DNA of 64,000 bases from the human T2T-CHM13v2.0 reference genome, Homo sapiens, in assembly GCF_009914755.1 (NCBI RefSeq), contig NC_060929.1; one strand, given 5' to 3'. Both the position numbers and the translations under genes were made by a program. Below are positions 45,601 to 60,300 of this stretch, piece by piece. Below the pieces are notes generated by a model, which was not told the DNA's origin, made no database searches, and worked only from the letters and a program-made list of their open reading frames with translations. The number at the start of each line of letters is the position of its first letter. Positions within the stretch are counted from its first letter, which is position 1.

Positions 45601-45749
45601 TTAAAAATTGTATTAGAATTTCTAGCTAATGACTATTATATAAATTAAATATTTTAAAAATTATTTATAGTGATGTGATTATGTAAAATTCTATAATCTT
45701 TATGAATTGAAACAAATGAGAGTGTAGACAGTTTTCTGCATGCACAATC

Positions 45750-47650
45750 AGAATAGATAATTAAAAACAAAATATGTATATGAGTAGTAACCACACAAAT
45801 ACTTAATTTAAAAAATATTCTGTTGACATGAACAATGAAAATATAAGGTCCTTGGAGTAAACGTAAAAGATTGGTAAGCATGTTGTGAAAAAATTCTAAA
45901 ACTTTGTTGAAAGGATTTTTGTTTTTGGTATATGATATTTTTACTAACACAAACATATCACAAGCCCATTACAAGAGATTAATGATTCAAAAGTCTATAT
46001 ACCAAAATGGTGGTTCCCCATTATCTGCCATATCCAAATTTCTTAACTCTGTATATTTTCCCTAATAAGGACTACATGAATAAAATATATAAGTTTTAAG
46101 CTACTGTACAGTTATCAATTCATAAGTAAATAAAATAAACCAATAAAAATACCCTCCATGATTCCCCAACAAGAAAAGATAGTCAATATCCTGAATTTTT
46201 AAAAATCACTAAAAGATAATAAGCAACCAAAAAATTATTTAAAGTGCAATATACCATATTCATAGATGGGGAAAAAGAGCTGTATTTCATATACTTGTAT
46301 ACATATAAAGTATGTTTACATATATAATGTATGTGTTTCTAATTAAAGTTCTGATAGCTTTTTATAACTTGGCAAGAGATAATCAGACAATACAAATGGA
46401 AATATCAGTAAAAAAGCTAATAGATTTATAAAGAAGATAATACTCATACAGCAGAAAAGAGAAATATTTACCATGGAAATTTATAAGATATTAAAGTTTA
46501 TAGTTATAGAAACTGAGAGACTATGTATTGGTACAGGTAGACCATACAAACATAATAACAAATGCTGAAAGAAATATAATTTTTCAAAACCTAGTACATA
46601 ACAGCAGTGGGGAAAATATTGACAGTTCAATTTTTTTTCTTTCTTTAATCTTAGTAATTTTTCCCCAAATACCAATGTAAAGGATTACAGTTACATAATT
46701 CATACAGAATTCAATATAGAAAACATAGTACACAAAAATTTCTTGAAATTCTAAGTGAAAAATCAAATATTCAATATTTTAAAAGTAAAATGCAGAATAA
46801 AACATATATTAAATAAGTACAAGTTGCTTAAATAAGACACAGAAAACACAAACCATAAAAGATATGTTGATAAATATAAAAATTTACAAGTAACAGATAT
46901 TGATAAATGTATAATTTGATAAATAGACTGATAAACTCCATATATACATTTACTATAATTGAAAAAACCCCACAAGACATTCAAGATATTAGTCAGGAGA
47001 TGATATTTGTAAATCACATTTCTGACAGAGAAATAGTTTTCAATTCTCAATACTATCAAAAACACTCTTGCAAATTTAAAAATTAAAATGAGAAAAAATG
47101 GGCAAATGATATAAACAGACAATTTAAAGATAGAGTAAACTGAAAGAGAAATATATTTAAAAATGTTCAGCTTCCTTTGCAATCAGCATAATGTAGATTC
47201 GGTAGTTAAGTCAGCTAGTAAACTAACAAGCTCTAATGTCTTATAATAGCAAATGTTTGCAGGAATGTGGGGAAGTAGGAACTGTGTTCCTTATTAATAC
47301 ATGTATAAATTTGTAAAATCACTTTTGGTTGGAGTTACCATTATCTAATTAAGTCAAATCAACACTATTCTAATTATATTTTCTACAGGAAATTTCTATA
47401 CAAATCCAAGAAAAAGGGTGTAATGTGCTCTGTGGCATAGCAAAAAAATTAGTAACAATGGGAATGATCATCAATGAAAGTGTTGATGAATAACTTGTTA
47501 TATTTTAAGGCAGTGGAAAGTATACAGCAGCTGAAATAAAAGCATAGTCTTATGTTATCACAATAGTGACTGGAAAAAAAACTACAAAAGATTCAAAAGT
47601 TGTTTTATATGATATCATTTATTTTAAGAAATGCAAAACATATACGCATC
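45750..47650 (+). mobile_element. Highly diverged L1ME fragments
   Basis: A-rich L1-like motifs (gaaaaaatgggcaaatgatataaacagacaatt); boundaries approximate. Confidence 0.5.
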
Positions 47651-47875
47651 TAAATTTGTATATGTGACAGTGTGTCAGTTCCAATCTTAAGCCAAAAGAG
47701 ATGTTGTGTATTTGCTGTCTCTTTTTGGAACTTTTGACACTTATCAAAATAAGCATATATTTGTTAGCCCATATTTCTGAGTCTGAGAGTGAGATATTTG
47801 GAGTATGTAAAATTTTAATCTAGCCAATTCTGCAGCCAATACACAAGTCCAAAAGCCATAAAGGAATCTTGATTA

Positions 47876-48045
<170 letters not shown>

Positions 48046-48548
48046 TAAAATATGTCTAATATAGAAATTGGTACATAGGAGAAAGTTGTTTATAACATAA
48101 CCTTGAATGCATAGTGCTGGCTTTAGGGAAGGGTATTGAACAGTGAGCCAACTGTAATAAAATACAGAAATCAGGGTGTCCCAGGTTATGTAGTGGCAAA
48201 ATAATTGACAAGTCCATGAGCTGTGATAACCTAAAGTAAAAAAAAAAAAAAAAAAAAAAAGTAGTTCATGATCTTGTGGAGTTGTGTGAACAACTTTTGA
48301 GATAGAATGTATAGAATGTTGAAATAGTGAACTATCTGCTCATGGACCACATGAATTTATATGCAGAAAGAACATGTATAAAAATATACAAAAAACCTTT
48401 AAAAGTAATAAGAATTTATCAAGTAAACAGATTACACAAGGTAAAAACACAATATTAAGTTGCATACCTGTACAGCAGCAACAAACATAATAAAGGTGAA
48501 AATTTAAAATGTCTCCATGTACAATAACATCAATAACATCAAACACAT

Positions 48549-48999
48549 TGTCAAAGAACAAAATTTCTACAAATTGAGTTTCAAAGGTATAATTGGTTCT
48601 TATTAGCAATTCATGAACCAGGCAGCATTTAATCTACAAAACAGACAGTAACTTAGCTGGATGTGGCGGAACAATTTGGCTTTTATAAGACAGCTGTAGT
48701 AGAATGAGGAAATAACATAGTGCAAAAAGCAGATTAATTTTCATCGGATGATTTTTCTCATATGAGTTTAAGCAAAGGAGCATCCCCATTATGCTGGCTC
48801 AAGTTAACTGGTCCCCTTTTGATTGGTTGCTGTGAATTGCCCGTCTTTTGGAAAACTGGCCTGTTTTGGGATCTGGCTATCATTTATTTCCTGACTTCTG
48901 GCCTAGTTAGATCTTACAAGTGAATAACTTAGGTTTTGGTTTGGTGATGTGGAATTTTGGCACAAGTGAATCCATCTGGGGCCTGTTATTTCTTAAACA
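48549..48999 (-). mobile_element. ERV1 solo LTR (MER67-like) inserted in an L1M fragment
   Basis: tgtcaaag...aaca termini, ttattagcaattcatgaa, tgattggttgctgtgaat. Confidence 0.7.
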
Positions 49000-49399
49000 A
49001 TGTAGAAAAAAATTTTAAAAGATCTACACTGAAAACAAATTATTAATGAGAAAAATTAAAGGAGACATAAATATTTTGTAGGATACTATATCAAGCATCC
49101 CCCCCAAAATTGTTATATAGAGTTAGCATAATTCCAGTCAGTTTTGGGGAATTTTGTGGGTTGTGGGAGAGAGCATGTTAAGTTCTAAAATCTATATTGA
49201 ACTGCAAAGACCAATAATGGCCCTTTGTAAAAATGCAAGTAGAAATAAATACAAAAAGATTTAACGTTTTATATGCATAAATAAATATCAGTAATAGTGA
49301 TGCATTTTGAGTTTTTAAATATGTGTATACTTAACATGAATAACAGCAATAATATTCAAGGCACAAAAGGAAACAGGAAATTTAAATAGCGTTAAATCT

Positions 49400-50660
49400 C
49401 TTTTAAAAACTGGATCCATTATTAAAACCTTCTCACAAAGAAAACTCTAGTCTCAAATCATTTTGAAGGTGAATTCTTCCAAACATATAAGGAAGACATA
49501 TTACCAGTCTTACATAAAATCCTCCAGAGAGTAGAGAAAGAGGGAATATCATATTCTTGATAATAACCACAAGGACTTTACAAGATGACAGAAAACTTTG
49601 TGAATACAGGTGCAAAAATCTTAAAAATAGCATAGGAAATCAAACCAGAGAAATATCAAAAATATATCACATCATGACTAAGTGATGTTTATTCCAGAAA
49701 TGCAAGGATGATAAACCAATCAATAAAATTAAACATATTAACTTAAAAAAGGAGAGAAACTATGATCATTCTGATAGACAAAAAGGCATTAAACTTAAAT
49801 GTGCAATCATTATCTTTTTAAAACCTATTTGTGTATTAGGAACAAAAGAGAACTTCCTTGATATGATAAACAGCATCTACAAATACTGTACAAATACTTA
49901 ATGGCAAATTACTGAAAATTCTGCCTGTAAGTTGGAGAATAACAATGCCTTCTTTCAAAACTTCTACTTAATATACTGAAGATCTAGAATAATGCATTAA
50001 AACATGAAAAATAACTAATTAGTATCATAGTACAAAAGGGAGACTACCATTATTTGCTGATAAAATTTTTATATACAAACAATAAATGGTAAATAAATGT
50101 GAATGAATGAAACTGAATTGTGGTTCATACATACCACACATTTAATACTATTCAGTAACAAAAAGAAACAAATTATTGACATACAACAAGTACTTGGATG
50201 AATCCCTAGGGAATTGTGCCAAGTGGGAAGAAAAAAGCCAATCTCAAAAGACTACACACCATAATATCTCTTAACTTATGTTAAGAGATATTTTAGAAGA
50301 TATGAGTGGTTGCCCGGGATTAAGACTAGAGGAAGGTGGTATTCAAGCAAAATGGTTGTGGTCATAAAAGGGCAACACGAGGGATCCCTGTGGTGAGAGA
50401 ACTGTTAGTATCTTGACTGTAGTGTAGGACATATGAATATATATGTGTGATAAAATTGTAGAGAACTGAATATGCACCCACACAAACTGTCATACACACA
50501 CACACACATGCACGACTTCTTATACAATTGACAAATTCTGAGTAAGATATGTGGATTGTATAATGCCAATATCACAGTGGCAATATTCTGCTACAGTTTT
50601 ACAGTGTTACCATTGGGGGGAACTGGGTAAAGTACCACTGACTCTTTCTGTATTATTTCT
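49400..50660 (+). mobile_element. L1M ORF2 fragment plus L1MD-like 3' end
   Basis: ggtgaattcttccaaaca, gtttattccagaaatgcaagg; gggcaacacgagggatccctgtggtg, gttaccattggggggaactggg. Confidence 0.8.
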
Positions 50661-50682
50661 TTTCTTTTCTTTCTTTTTCTTT

Positions 50683-51046
50683 TATAATCAGCAGAAATTT
50701 ATCTCTCATAGTTCCAGAGGCTGGAAGTCTGAGATCAGGGTGACAGCATGATCGGGTTCTGGTGAGGGCCTCTTCTGGATCGCAGACTGCTAACTTCTCT
50801 TTGTATCCTTATGTGCTGGAAAGAGAGCAAGCTAGCACTCTGGCTGCTGTTTATAAAGGCACTAATCTCATTCTTAATTTATAAAGGCACTAATCTCATT
50901 CTTAATTTATAAAGGCACTAATCTCATTCTTAAGGGCTCCATCCTCATGATCTAATTACCTCTCAAAGGCCCATTATCAAATAGGGGATTTGATTTCAAC
51001 ATGAATTCATGGATTTTCAGAGGACAAAAGCATTCAATTCATGTAA
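50683..51046 (-). mobile_element. MLT1A-like MaLR LTR
   Basis: cagaaatttatctctcatagttccagaggctggaagtctgagatcaggg; ctcatgatctaattacctctcaaaggccc. Confidence 0.88.
50850..50933 (+). repeat. Perfect 28-bp tandem repeat x3
   Basis: tttataaaggcactaatctcattcttaa repeated three times exactly. Confidence 0.98.
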
Positions 51047-51049
51047 ACC

Positions 51050-51259
51050 TTATGAACATAGATAATAGAAAAATGTAAGAAAATAATTAGAAAGTGATGA
51101 GTTTTAAGTATTTATTACCTTTTGTTTTCAATATATTTGACTAGAAGTTTATATAATTCACTTTTTAATGAAGGCTGGGTTTAACAATTGGCTCACAAAA
51201 TTCCTGAAAATGTAGCAATCAGCTCTGGCAAACTGGAATGAGCTCCAGCACACTACTGG
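51050..51259 (-). mobile_element. MER63 (hAT-Blackjack) fragment
   Basis: ggctcacaaaattcctgaaaat...gctccagcacactactgg terminus. Confidence 0.8.
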
Positions 51260-52024
51260 TTTTAAGACTTGATGTAACATGCTAGATCACAGCTTAGAAG
51301 GTTGTATGAAAGAAGGTCGGTAGGAGCAGAGACCATAGGAAAGGAAATTGGTGAGGGCTCTCCCAGAAGTTAGATACAAGCGATACCCATCTGAATATCT
51401 GGCTTCCAATGCTAACAGCACTGCATGTTTCTCTGGTCTGTAAGGAGTTGCGTAGCTCTGAATTACTGCATTATGCCATTCTCCAGTTGCTTCGGTTCTG
51501 TAAGTGTTGTCATGGCCAGATTTTAAGTTAATTGAGTAAAGCCATTTCTTTCATCTTTAGCATTCTTTAGCATTCTCATTACTGATGCAGTTCTAGGACC
51601 GCAATAAGTAATATACTAGTAATATTGGTCTAATAATAGTGACTCGTGCAATGTTTTCTTTAGAGCACTTCCACTCACATTCTCACAACAGTTCTTAACA
51701 TGAGCACAATGCCCTACAAAATCTGCTCCATCCCCCTTCTCCAGCCTGGACCCACTCTCTAACATGCAGCTTCATGGAGCCTCACTCCTCTTTCCGCCTG
51801 GATGCCTCTGATTGCCCCCTACCCCCATCAATCTTGACCATACACAACACATTGTTCCCTCCTCTCTTGTTTATTGTATCATAACAATAATTATGTTTCC
51901 TCCACCAGACTGTGGACTCATCTAACCGGGAATTATATCTGATTACTCTTGGTATCCTCAGTGTAATGGCTAGAAAATATTACACGTAAATACTTATATT
52001 TTTAATAGAAGAATGAATTTGGTT

Positions 52025-52265
52025 GGCAATGTGGCAGAGTGACCAAGAGAGCACTGGGGCCAAACTTTGCAAGTTGGAGTGGACTTTGTGCCCTCTGGCT
52101 GTCTGGCATGGACACATTGTCTTATGTATGTTCTGAGTTTCCATATCTGTAAAAATGAGGAAAGCCTTAACCTCATAGAGTTTTATGAAGACTAAGTAAG
52201 ATAATACAAATGAAGCACCTAGACCCATGCCTTGCATATGGAAGGTACTAGAAAGATGCTGTTGT
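52025..52265 (+). mobile_element. MIR
   Basis: gagtttccatatctgtaaaaatgagg...cctcatagagttttatgaagactaag core. Confidence 0.8.
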
Positions 52266-52946
52266 TTAAATATTATTTTATCAAGACTACATGTATCAGT
52301 GGTAAGCAAAGAACTAGAAATCAAGTTCCTGACTCTTAGTAGATAGATGTTTACCCTACTCCCCCACAGAGTCCCTTTGAGATGATACAAGGCAGGTCCT
52401 TGCCACAGTGTCCCACTGGCCATAGAAACACCTTTTGTCCCGTCCATCAGTGAGCGTGCAATCTGTTCCTACTGCTGTCTCACTCCCACCCCAGCCAGAC
52501 TCCGACTTTCAGACCTCATCAGGACAGAGTCAGGCATCACTTCCAGGCTCCCAAACTCCAGGTGTACATAGTCAAGAATTTTCTCCCCACACTTTGCACC
52601 AGTCCCTGCAGGCTGAGTCCTTGTTTCTGCAGCTCAGCAAGCATTCAGTAAATGCATACAATGCTGGTCTCCAGCCTCTATCTTCCCAAGTGCTTGTCTT
52701 GGATACCCCCAACTTGGATTATAGGGTATAGAGGAAGATGAAGCCTTATGGCGTTCTCTATTACTTATAAAATACTTCTGACAAATACTCTTCTAACAAA
52801 TCCTAGCTTTATCTGATAGAAGCTGTTAGGTACATCTGCTGGATCAAACAATTCATCAGCTTTTCCACAGCCATCATCCTGGCTTTAGTTCTATCACCTC
52901 ATGTTGAACAGCAGCAACCACTGGGCTGCTTTCCTTTTCTCCCAGA

Positions 52947-53320
52947 TATTATTAGGTTCTTATTGTTACTGGAACACATTATCAGTAACTTGTTGGCTTA
53001 AAACAACACAAATGTATTATTTTATGGTTCTGAAGATCAGAAGTCCAAATGGGTCTTATGGGGGTAAAATCTGAGTGTCATCAGGGCTGCATTTCTTCAG
53101 GAGACTCTAAGGAAAAATCCCTTTTCTTGCCTTTTCCAGCTTGTATAGGCTGTCCACATGGTTCCTGGTCCCCTTCCATCTTCAAAGACAACAATGGCCA
53201 GAGAGTCCTTTATATATCACAGCATTCTGGCCCTGATGATCCTGCTTCCCTTCCTCTACACTTACGGACCCTGGGATCACACTGGGCTCACTTTGATAAT
53301 CTAGGATTATCTCCCTATTT
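52947..53320 (-). mobile_element. MLT1D-like LTR, truncated by L1PB
   Basis: ggcttaaaacaacacaaat, tccatcttcaaag, gataatctaggattatctccctatttt. Confidence 0.85.
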
Positions 53321-54617
53321 TATTTATTTATTTTATTTCAATAGGTTTTTCGGGAATAGGTGGTGTTTGGTTACATGAATAAGTTCTTTAGTGGTTATTT
53401 CTGAGATTTTGGTGCACTCATCACCCAAGCAATGCACACTGTACCCAATGTGTAGTATTTTAACCCTTGCCCCCTTCATACCTTTTCCTCCCAGTCCCCA
53501 AAGTCCACCATATCATTCTTATGCCTTTGCATTCCACTTATGAATGAGAACATACAATGTTTGGTTTTCATTCCTGGCTTACTTCATTAGAATAATCATT
53601 TTCAATTCCATCCAGGTTGCTGCAAATGCCATTATTTCATTACTTTTTATGCCAAGTAGTATTCCATGGGGGGTGTGTGTGTGTATCACATGTTCTTTAC
53701 GCACTTGTTGGTTGATGGGCATTTGGGCTTGGTACCTTTTTTTCTGAATGTGCTGATATAAACATGAGTGTACAAGTATCTTTTTCATATAATGACTTCT
53801 TTTCCTCTGGGTAGATAGCCAGAAGTGTGATTGCTGGATCAAAGGGAAGATCTATTATTAGTTCTTTAAGGAATCTCCACAGTTTTCAGTAGTTGTTGTA
53901 CTAGTTTACATTCCCACCAAAAGTGTGAAAGTATTCCCTTTTCACCACATCCATGCCAGCATCTATTATTTTTGGATTTTTTTGATTATGGCCATTCTTG
54001 CAGGAGTAAGGTGGTATTGTATTGTGGTTTCGATTTGCATTTCCCTGATCATTAGTGATGTCCAGTATTTTTGCATATATTTGTTGGCCACTTGTATATC
54101 TTCTTTTGAGAATTGTCTATTCATGTCCTTAGCCCATTTTTTGATGGGATTGTTTTTTTTTTCTTGCTGATTTGTTTGAATTCCTTGTAGATTTTGGATA
54201 TTAGTCCTTTGTCAGATATAAAGATTGTGAAGATTTTCTCCGACTCTGTGGGATGTCTGTTTACTCTGCTGATTATTTCTTTTGCTGTGCAGAAGCTTTT
54301 CAGTTTAATTAAGTCCTATCTATTTATCTTTCTTTTTGTTGCATTTATTTTTGAGTTCTTGGTCATGAAGTCTTTTCCTAAGCCAATGAATGTCTAGAAT
54401 TTTTCCCAATGTTGTTTTCTAGAATTTTTATGGCTTTAGGACTTAGATTTGAGTCTTTGATCCATGTTGAGTTGATTTTTGTATAAAGTGAGAGATGAGG
54501 ATCCGGTTTCATTCTTCTGCATGTGGCTTGCCAATTATCCCAGCACCATTTGGTGAATAGTGTGTCATTTCCCCACTTTACATTTTGTTTTTTGTTTGAA
54601 ATCAGGTAATACGATGC

Positions 54618-54681
<64 letters not shown>

Positions 54682-54915
54682 TAGTCTTGCTTTAGCTATA
54701 CAGGCAGTTCTTCAGTCCCATATCAATTTTAGGATTGTCTTTTTCTGGTTCGGTGAAGAACGATGGTAGTATTTTGATGGGAATTGCATTAAATTTGTAG
54801 GTTGCTTTTGGTAGTATGGTCATTTTCACAATACTGAGCCTGCCCATCTATGAGCGTGGTATGTGTTTCCATGTGTTTGTTGTCTATGATTTCTTTCAGC
54901 AGCATTTCATAGTCT
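53321..54915 (-). mobile_element. L1PB1-like 3' portion
   Basis: ggtggtgtttggttacatgaataagttctttagtgg..tttctgagattttggtgcac diagnostic 3' UTR. Confidence 0.93.
54625..54678 (+). repeat. Pure T54 homopolymer inside L1PB ORF2
   Basis: Counted directly. Confidence 0.97.
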
Positions 54916-55299
54916 TTCTGTATTACTTCTTAGGACTGTATATAAATTTACAATTATCTCTGTAAAAATTTCATTTAAAGTGATATGAATAATTATAAAT
55001 TTAGGATGTTCTACAAATTAAGACTTGAGAATTAATTTCTTTGTATTGTGGAAATATTATAATCTGGGAATGTGTACATACTCTGATTTGGCTATCTTAT
55101 TCTAAGACTCACACAGATTATTGACATCACATTATTCCACCAGCTTTTTTGTTCAATAATTAACATTCCATTTTTTGCCTCTTTGGTATTCATAGTCTAT
55201 TGAATTATTTTAACCATTGCATAGTGCATGGTCTAACTCCCTAATAATCATACATAGATCCTAATTTTAATTTTTGTTTTTCAAATACTCTAAACTCTC

Positions 55300-57310
55300 C
55301 TAGCAATGTATTCTCCCCATTTAACTTATACTAAGTTTATATTAAATGGTCCATCATTCTTGCCAATTTCAAAAGGTCCTTTATCCATTGCATTTTTATC
55401 ATATCTTGAATTAAGGAAGCTAAGTGACATTTCTGGGACTGCTCACAGACTGGATAAAAATCATTCAGGTCTCTGGTTCCATTATGAAATCATGATTATT
55501 AAAACTATTGGACATGAAAATGAATTCAGCAAATCCACTGAATTTCTCTAATCAACTTCCTCTTTTCTTTTTTCTCCAAAAATATGTCAAACCCTCTCTT
55601 CACTAGATTCACTAACCTTGAACTTACCACATACTTTCTATTAATTGACCTGACTTCCTTGGTAACACAAAAGACATTGGACAGGAACAATCTCACCTTT
55701 ATAAAACACCTACAAATGGAACTGCGCTTAGGATTCTACTGTCTTTCTACCCATCTGATACAATTGGGAGAGTCATCTCCTCCTATCAAAGGCAAATCTG
55801 CACACCTAAGCTTTCCTTTATTTTACTTGATCACTCAATACTACTAGTATTCCTTCTATGCTTCTGCCCAAAGTGTCTTAGTCCTTTCTTTCTTCTCTAA
55901 CTCCTCTACTAGTGCTTAATATGTTGGTATTCTTTGGGGCTTGATCCTATATGATTTTCTTTTCAATCCATATTCTTTCCTATAATGTTCTCAGTTACCA
56001 ACTCTACGTCAAAGACTTCCAAAAATGTATCTGTAACCAAGCCTCAAAAATTGTCTATGTGGAAATCTCTTGAAATTAAAACTAAGTATGTGTGAAACTG
56101 ATGTCCACATTCCTACTCTATTGATTCCAGTCTTAGCAAATAGCACACCAACCACTTAGTTGTTCAAAAAAGTCTTCCGTACACAAACATAGCTAGGTCC
56201 AATTAAATCATTCTCTCTGATGTGCAGTAGTTCTCCCTTGCCCACAGGTTCACTTCTCATGGTTTTAGTTACCCATAGTCAAACTCAGTCCAAAAATAGA
56301 TGAGTATAATATGAGATATTTTGAGCGAGAAAGAGACCATATTTACATAACTTTCATTACAGTTTATTATTATAATTTTTTCATTTCCTTGTTACTATTA
56401 ATCTCTTATCACACCCACTTTATAAATTAAACTTTATCATAGATATGTATATAGGAAAGAAACATATATAGGGTCCAGTATTATCTACGGTTTCAGGCAT
56501 CCACTGGGGGTCTTGGAACATATGCCCCACAGATAAGGTGCGATTACTGACTTTAATCACTACTATGTAGTGAGTCCTATTAATTATATGAAAAATATGG
56601 AAAATGTAGTTTCTTACCTTCTCCAATGCTACTAACCTCTTCTAAGCTACTGTCATGTCTTACCTGGGCTATTCAAAAGGCTCCAACTAATTTCTGTAAT
56701 GTCACTGTTCTTTGCTCATATTACTTCACACTCTTCCAGCTTCTCATTTCCCAGTGATTGGCAAGAGTGATCTTTTAATAATATATCAAATATTGTCTCC
56801 TTTAAAGTTTTCTTTCCTAGACTAAAATTAAGATGCCTGATCATGACCTATAGAAACTTATATGATCTAATTAAGAAATGAGAGAGATCACTTATATTTT
56901 GTTTCTTCTTAATCTCATTCATGTAAACTCAGGCACATTGGCTTTATTTTTATACAAGAATATACCAGAACATTCCTTAAAACCTATATATTTGATATTC
57001 TCAATTCCTGGAAAATCCTTCTGATTTCTTAACATGTTAATATCTTAGAATTTTAATTAGAAGTTATTACCTATTCAAAAACACTTTCTCTGATTTTACC
57101 ACAAAATAATGCCCTCAGGCCATGCTACTACTCTTGATTGCATTATTTTTTTTTTAATTTATAGAAGTTAGAATGGACTGTTTTATTTTTAATTGATTAC
57201 TAACTGTTTTGGTGCTCTAGAATGTGACCTTCATGAATATGGACATCCTGTGTCATATTATCTTTTTCTGTGATTATAGTAAGACCTGGAAAATAAAAGC
57301 ACTCAATATT
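55300..57310 (+). mobile_element. L2 fragments
   Basis: tcttacctgggctattcaaaaggctcc, agagtgatcttttaa, ctagaatgtgaccttcatgaatatggaca...agcactcaata. Confidence 0.7.
56225..56549 (+). mobile_element. MER44A (Tigger7-derived MITE)
   Basis: cagtag...tactg TIR ends, ggtttcaggcatccactgggggtcttggaac. Confidence 0.9.
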
Positions 57311-60300
57311 TTAAATACATACATATATACATATTTGTCCATAGCATGCTCCCCTCTAGTTTTTGACAATTTCTCATCTCAGATTTAAGTATAGGAATAT
57401 CTAAAGGCTGTTTTATTATATGACTTGTTGGATCCTTCTAGTCCACCATTGACATATAATAAATAGTAAAATTTTAAAATATGATTCTAAATAAAGCAAC
57501 TCACTGCTTAAGTATTTCCATTGGCTCCCTGTTGTTGTTAGGATAAAGACCAGACTGTAACCATTGTGACAATATCTAGAATTAGCTGAATTTTGTCTTT
57601 CTTCTTCTGCCTCCTCCTTCAACATTCTTTCCATTGTGTTAACTTGAAAAACAGCTAAGATTTTTATTTCTTATTTCAAAGTTTCCTAAGTGGATTAACC
57701 TTGTAACAAAAAAAATTATTATTTTTTATCATGAGCAAAATTTTAAATTATGACAGTTATATCAGCAAGAAGGTGGAATAGAAGGCTTCAGACTTTACTC
57801 CCCTTGACAGAAATTTGAACTAGCAACTATTCAGATTATGGTCCCACCCAGGCAAGGAGATGCTTGCCACAATAATGGGCAGATCATCCAGACAGAACAT
57901 TAATAAGAAAATATTAGACTTGAAAAATTCTTTAGACCAAATGGACCTAACAGACATATATGAAACAATCCACTGAACATAATACATATCCTTCTCAAGT
58001 GCACTTGGAGCATTCTCCAGGATAGATCCTACATTAGGCCACAAACAAGTCTTAGCAAATTTAAGAAGATTTAAATCACATCAAAGCTATTTTTGTAGCA
58101 CAGTGGTTTGAAACTGGAAATCAATAACAAAGAATTTCATAAAATTCACAAATAAATAAAAATTAAATAATTTGCTCCTGAACAACCAATAATTCAGTAA
58201 AGAAACTAAAAGGGAAATTTTAAAATATCTTGAGAAAAATGAAAATGCAAACACAAAATGCCAAGCCTTATAAGATGCAACAAAACCATTTTTCAGAGGA
58301 AAGTTTATAGCAATAAATGCCTACATCAAAAAAAGAAGAAATATGTCAAATAAGATTATACCTTAAAGAACAAAAAAGAACAAACTAAGCCCAAGGTTAG
58401 TAGAAGGTAGGCAAAAATAAAGATCAGAGAAGAAATAAATGAAATAGATACTAGAAAAACAATATGAAAAACTCAAGAAAACTACAAGTTTGTTTTTTGA
58501 AAAGATAAAATTGACAAACCCCTAGCAAGGCAAACTGAGAAAAAAGAGAGAAGACTCAAAATCAGAAATTAAAGAGGAGGCAACTGATATCACAGAAATG
58601 TAAAGGATTATAAGAGATTATCATAAACAATTATGTGCCAATGAATTGAGTAATTGAGAAGAAATAAACACAACCTACCAAGATTGAATTATGAAGACAT
58701 ACAAAGTCTAAACAGACGAATAATGAGTAGGAGATTGAATCAGTAGTAAAATGTTTTTCAGTCTTCCTCCAAAGAAAAGTTCAAGACCTAATGGCTTAAA
58801 TGTTGAATTCTACCAAACACTTAAAGAACTGATACAAATCTTTCTGAAACTCTTCTTAAAAAATGAAAGAGGAAAGAATATTTCCAACCTCTGTTAACAA
58901 AGACAGCATTACTCTAATACCAAACACAGATAACGACATTACAAGAAAATTACAGACTAACATCCTTGAAGAATATGGATATAAAAATCCCCAACAAAAA
59001 TCTAGCAAATAGAATTCAATAGCACATTAAAAGGATTATTGATCATAATAAGGTGGGATTTATCCCTGGGATGCATAGATGGCTCAACATACACAAATCA
59101 ATAAATGTAATATATCACATTAAGATAATGAAGGACAAAACCCAATAGATTAATAAATGCAGAAACGAATTTGACAAAATTCATCATCCTTTCATGACAA
59201 AAACTCTCAATACATTAGGCATAGAAGGAATTACTTCAACACAATAAAGACTATGTCAGAAAATCCCACAAGTGATAATCATACTCAATGGTGGATAGTT
59301 GAAAGTTTTTCTTCTAATGCCACAAACCATACAAAGATGCCTACTCTAACCACTTCTATTCAATATAATACTGGAAGTTCTAGTTGAAGCAATTAAGCAA
59401 AGTAAAGAAATAAAAGGCATCCATATCAGAATGGAAGAAGTGTTTTTCACTGTTTGTTGACAACATAATTTTATATATAGAAACAGTAAAGACATCACCA
59501 AAACTGTTAGAACAAATAAACAAATACAATAAAGTTGCAGAATATAAAATCGAATCGACCTACAAAAAAACTATAGCATTTCTGTACGCTAACCATGAAC
59601 TATCTGAAAAAGAAATTAAGGTGACAATCTCTTTTATAATAGCTCTCAAAAAAATAAAATATTTAGAAATACAATTAACCAAGATGCTAAAGGTCCTATA
59701 CACTGAATACTATAAACTATTGACGAAAGAAATTGAAAAAGACACAAATAAATAGCTATTTCATGTTCATGGATTGGGAGAATTAAAATTTCCATAATAT
59801 CCAAAATGATCTACAGATTTAATGCTATCCCTATAAAAATTTCAATGTCACTTTTCCATAAAAATTTCAAAAAAATCCTAAAATTCGTATGGAACCACAA
59901 AAAACTCTGAATAGCGAAAGCAACCATAAACAAAAAACAAAGTTGGCATCATACTACCTGATTTCAAAAAATGTAGTGTACTACAAAGCTATAGTAAGTA
60001 AAACAGCATGATACTGGTTAAAAAATAGACACATTTACTAATGGAACAGAAGAAAGAGCCCAGAAATGATCTCATACATGTATTGTCAATTTATTTTAAA
60101 CAAAGCTGCCAGGGATACACAATGGGAAAAGTGCAGTATCCTCAGTAAGTGATGCTGGAAAATATAGATATCTGCATGCAGGAGAGTGAAAATGGACCAT
60201 TATCTTGTACGCCCTCACACCATATATAAAAAGCAACTCGAAATGGATTAAAGACTTAAAAATAAAACCTGAACCTGTAAAACTACTAGAAGAAAACATC

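Noticed and set aside
50850-50933. 28-bp repeats as a CRISPR array
   Set aside because: Head-to-tail copies with no spacers, in eukaryotic DNA inside an LTR
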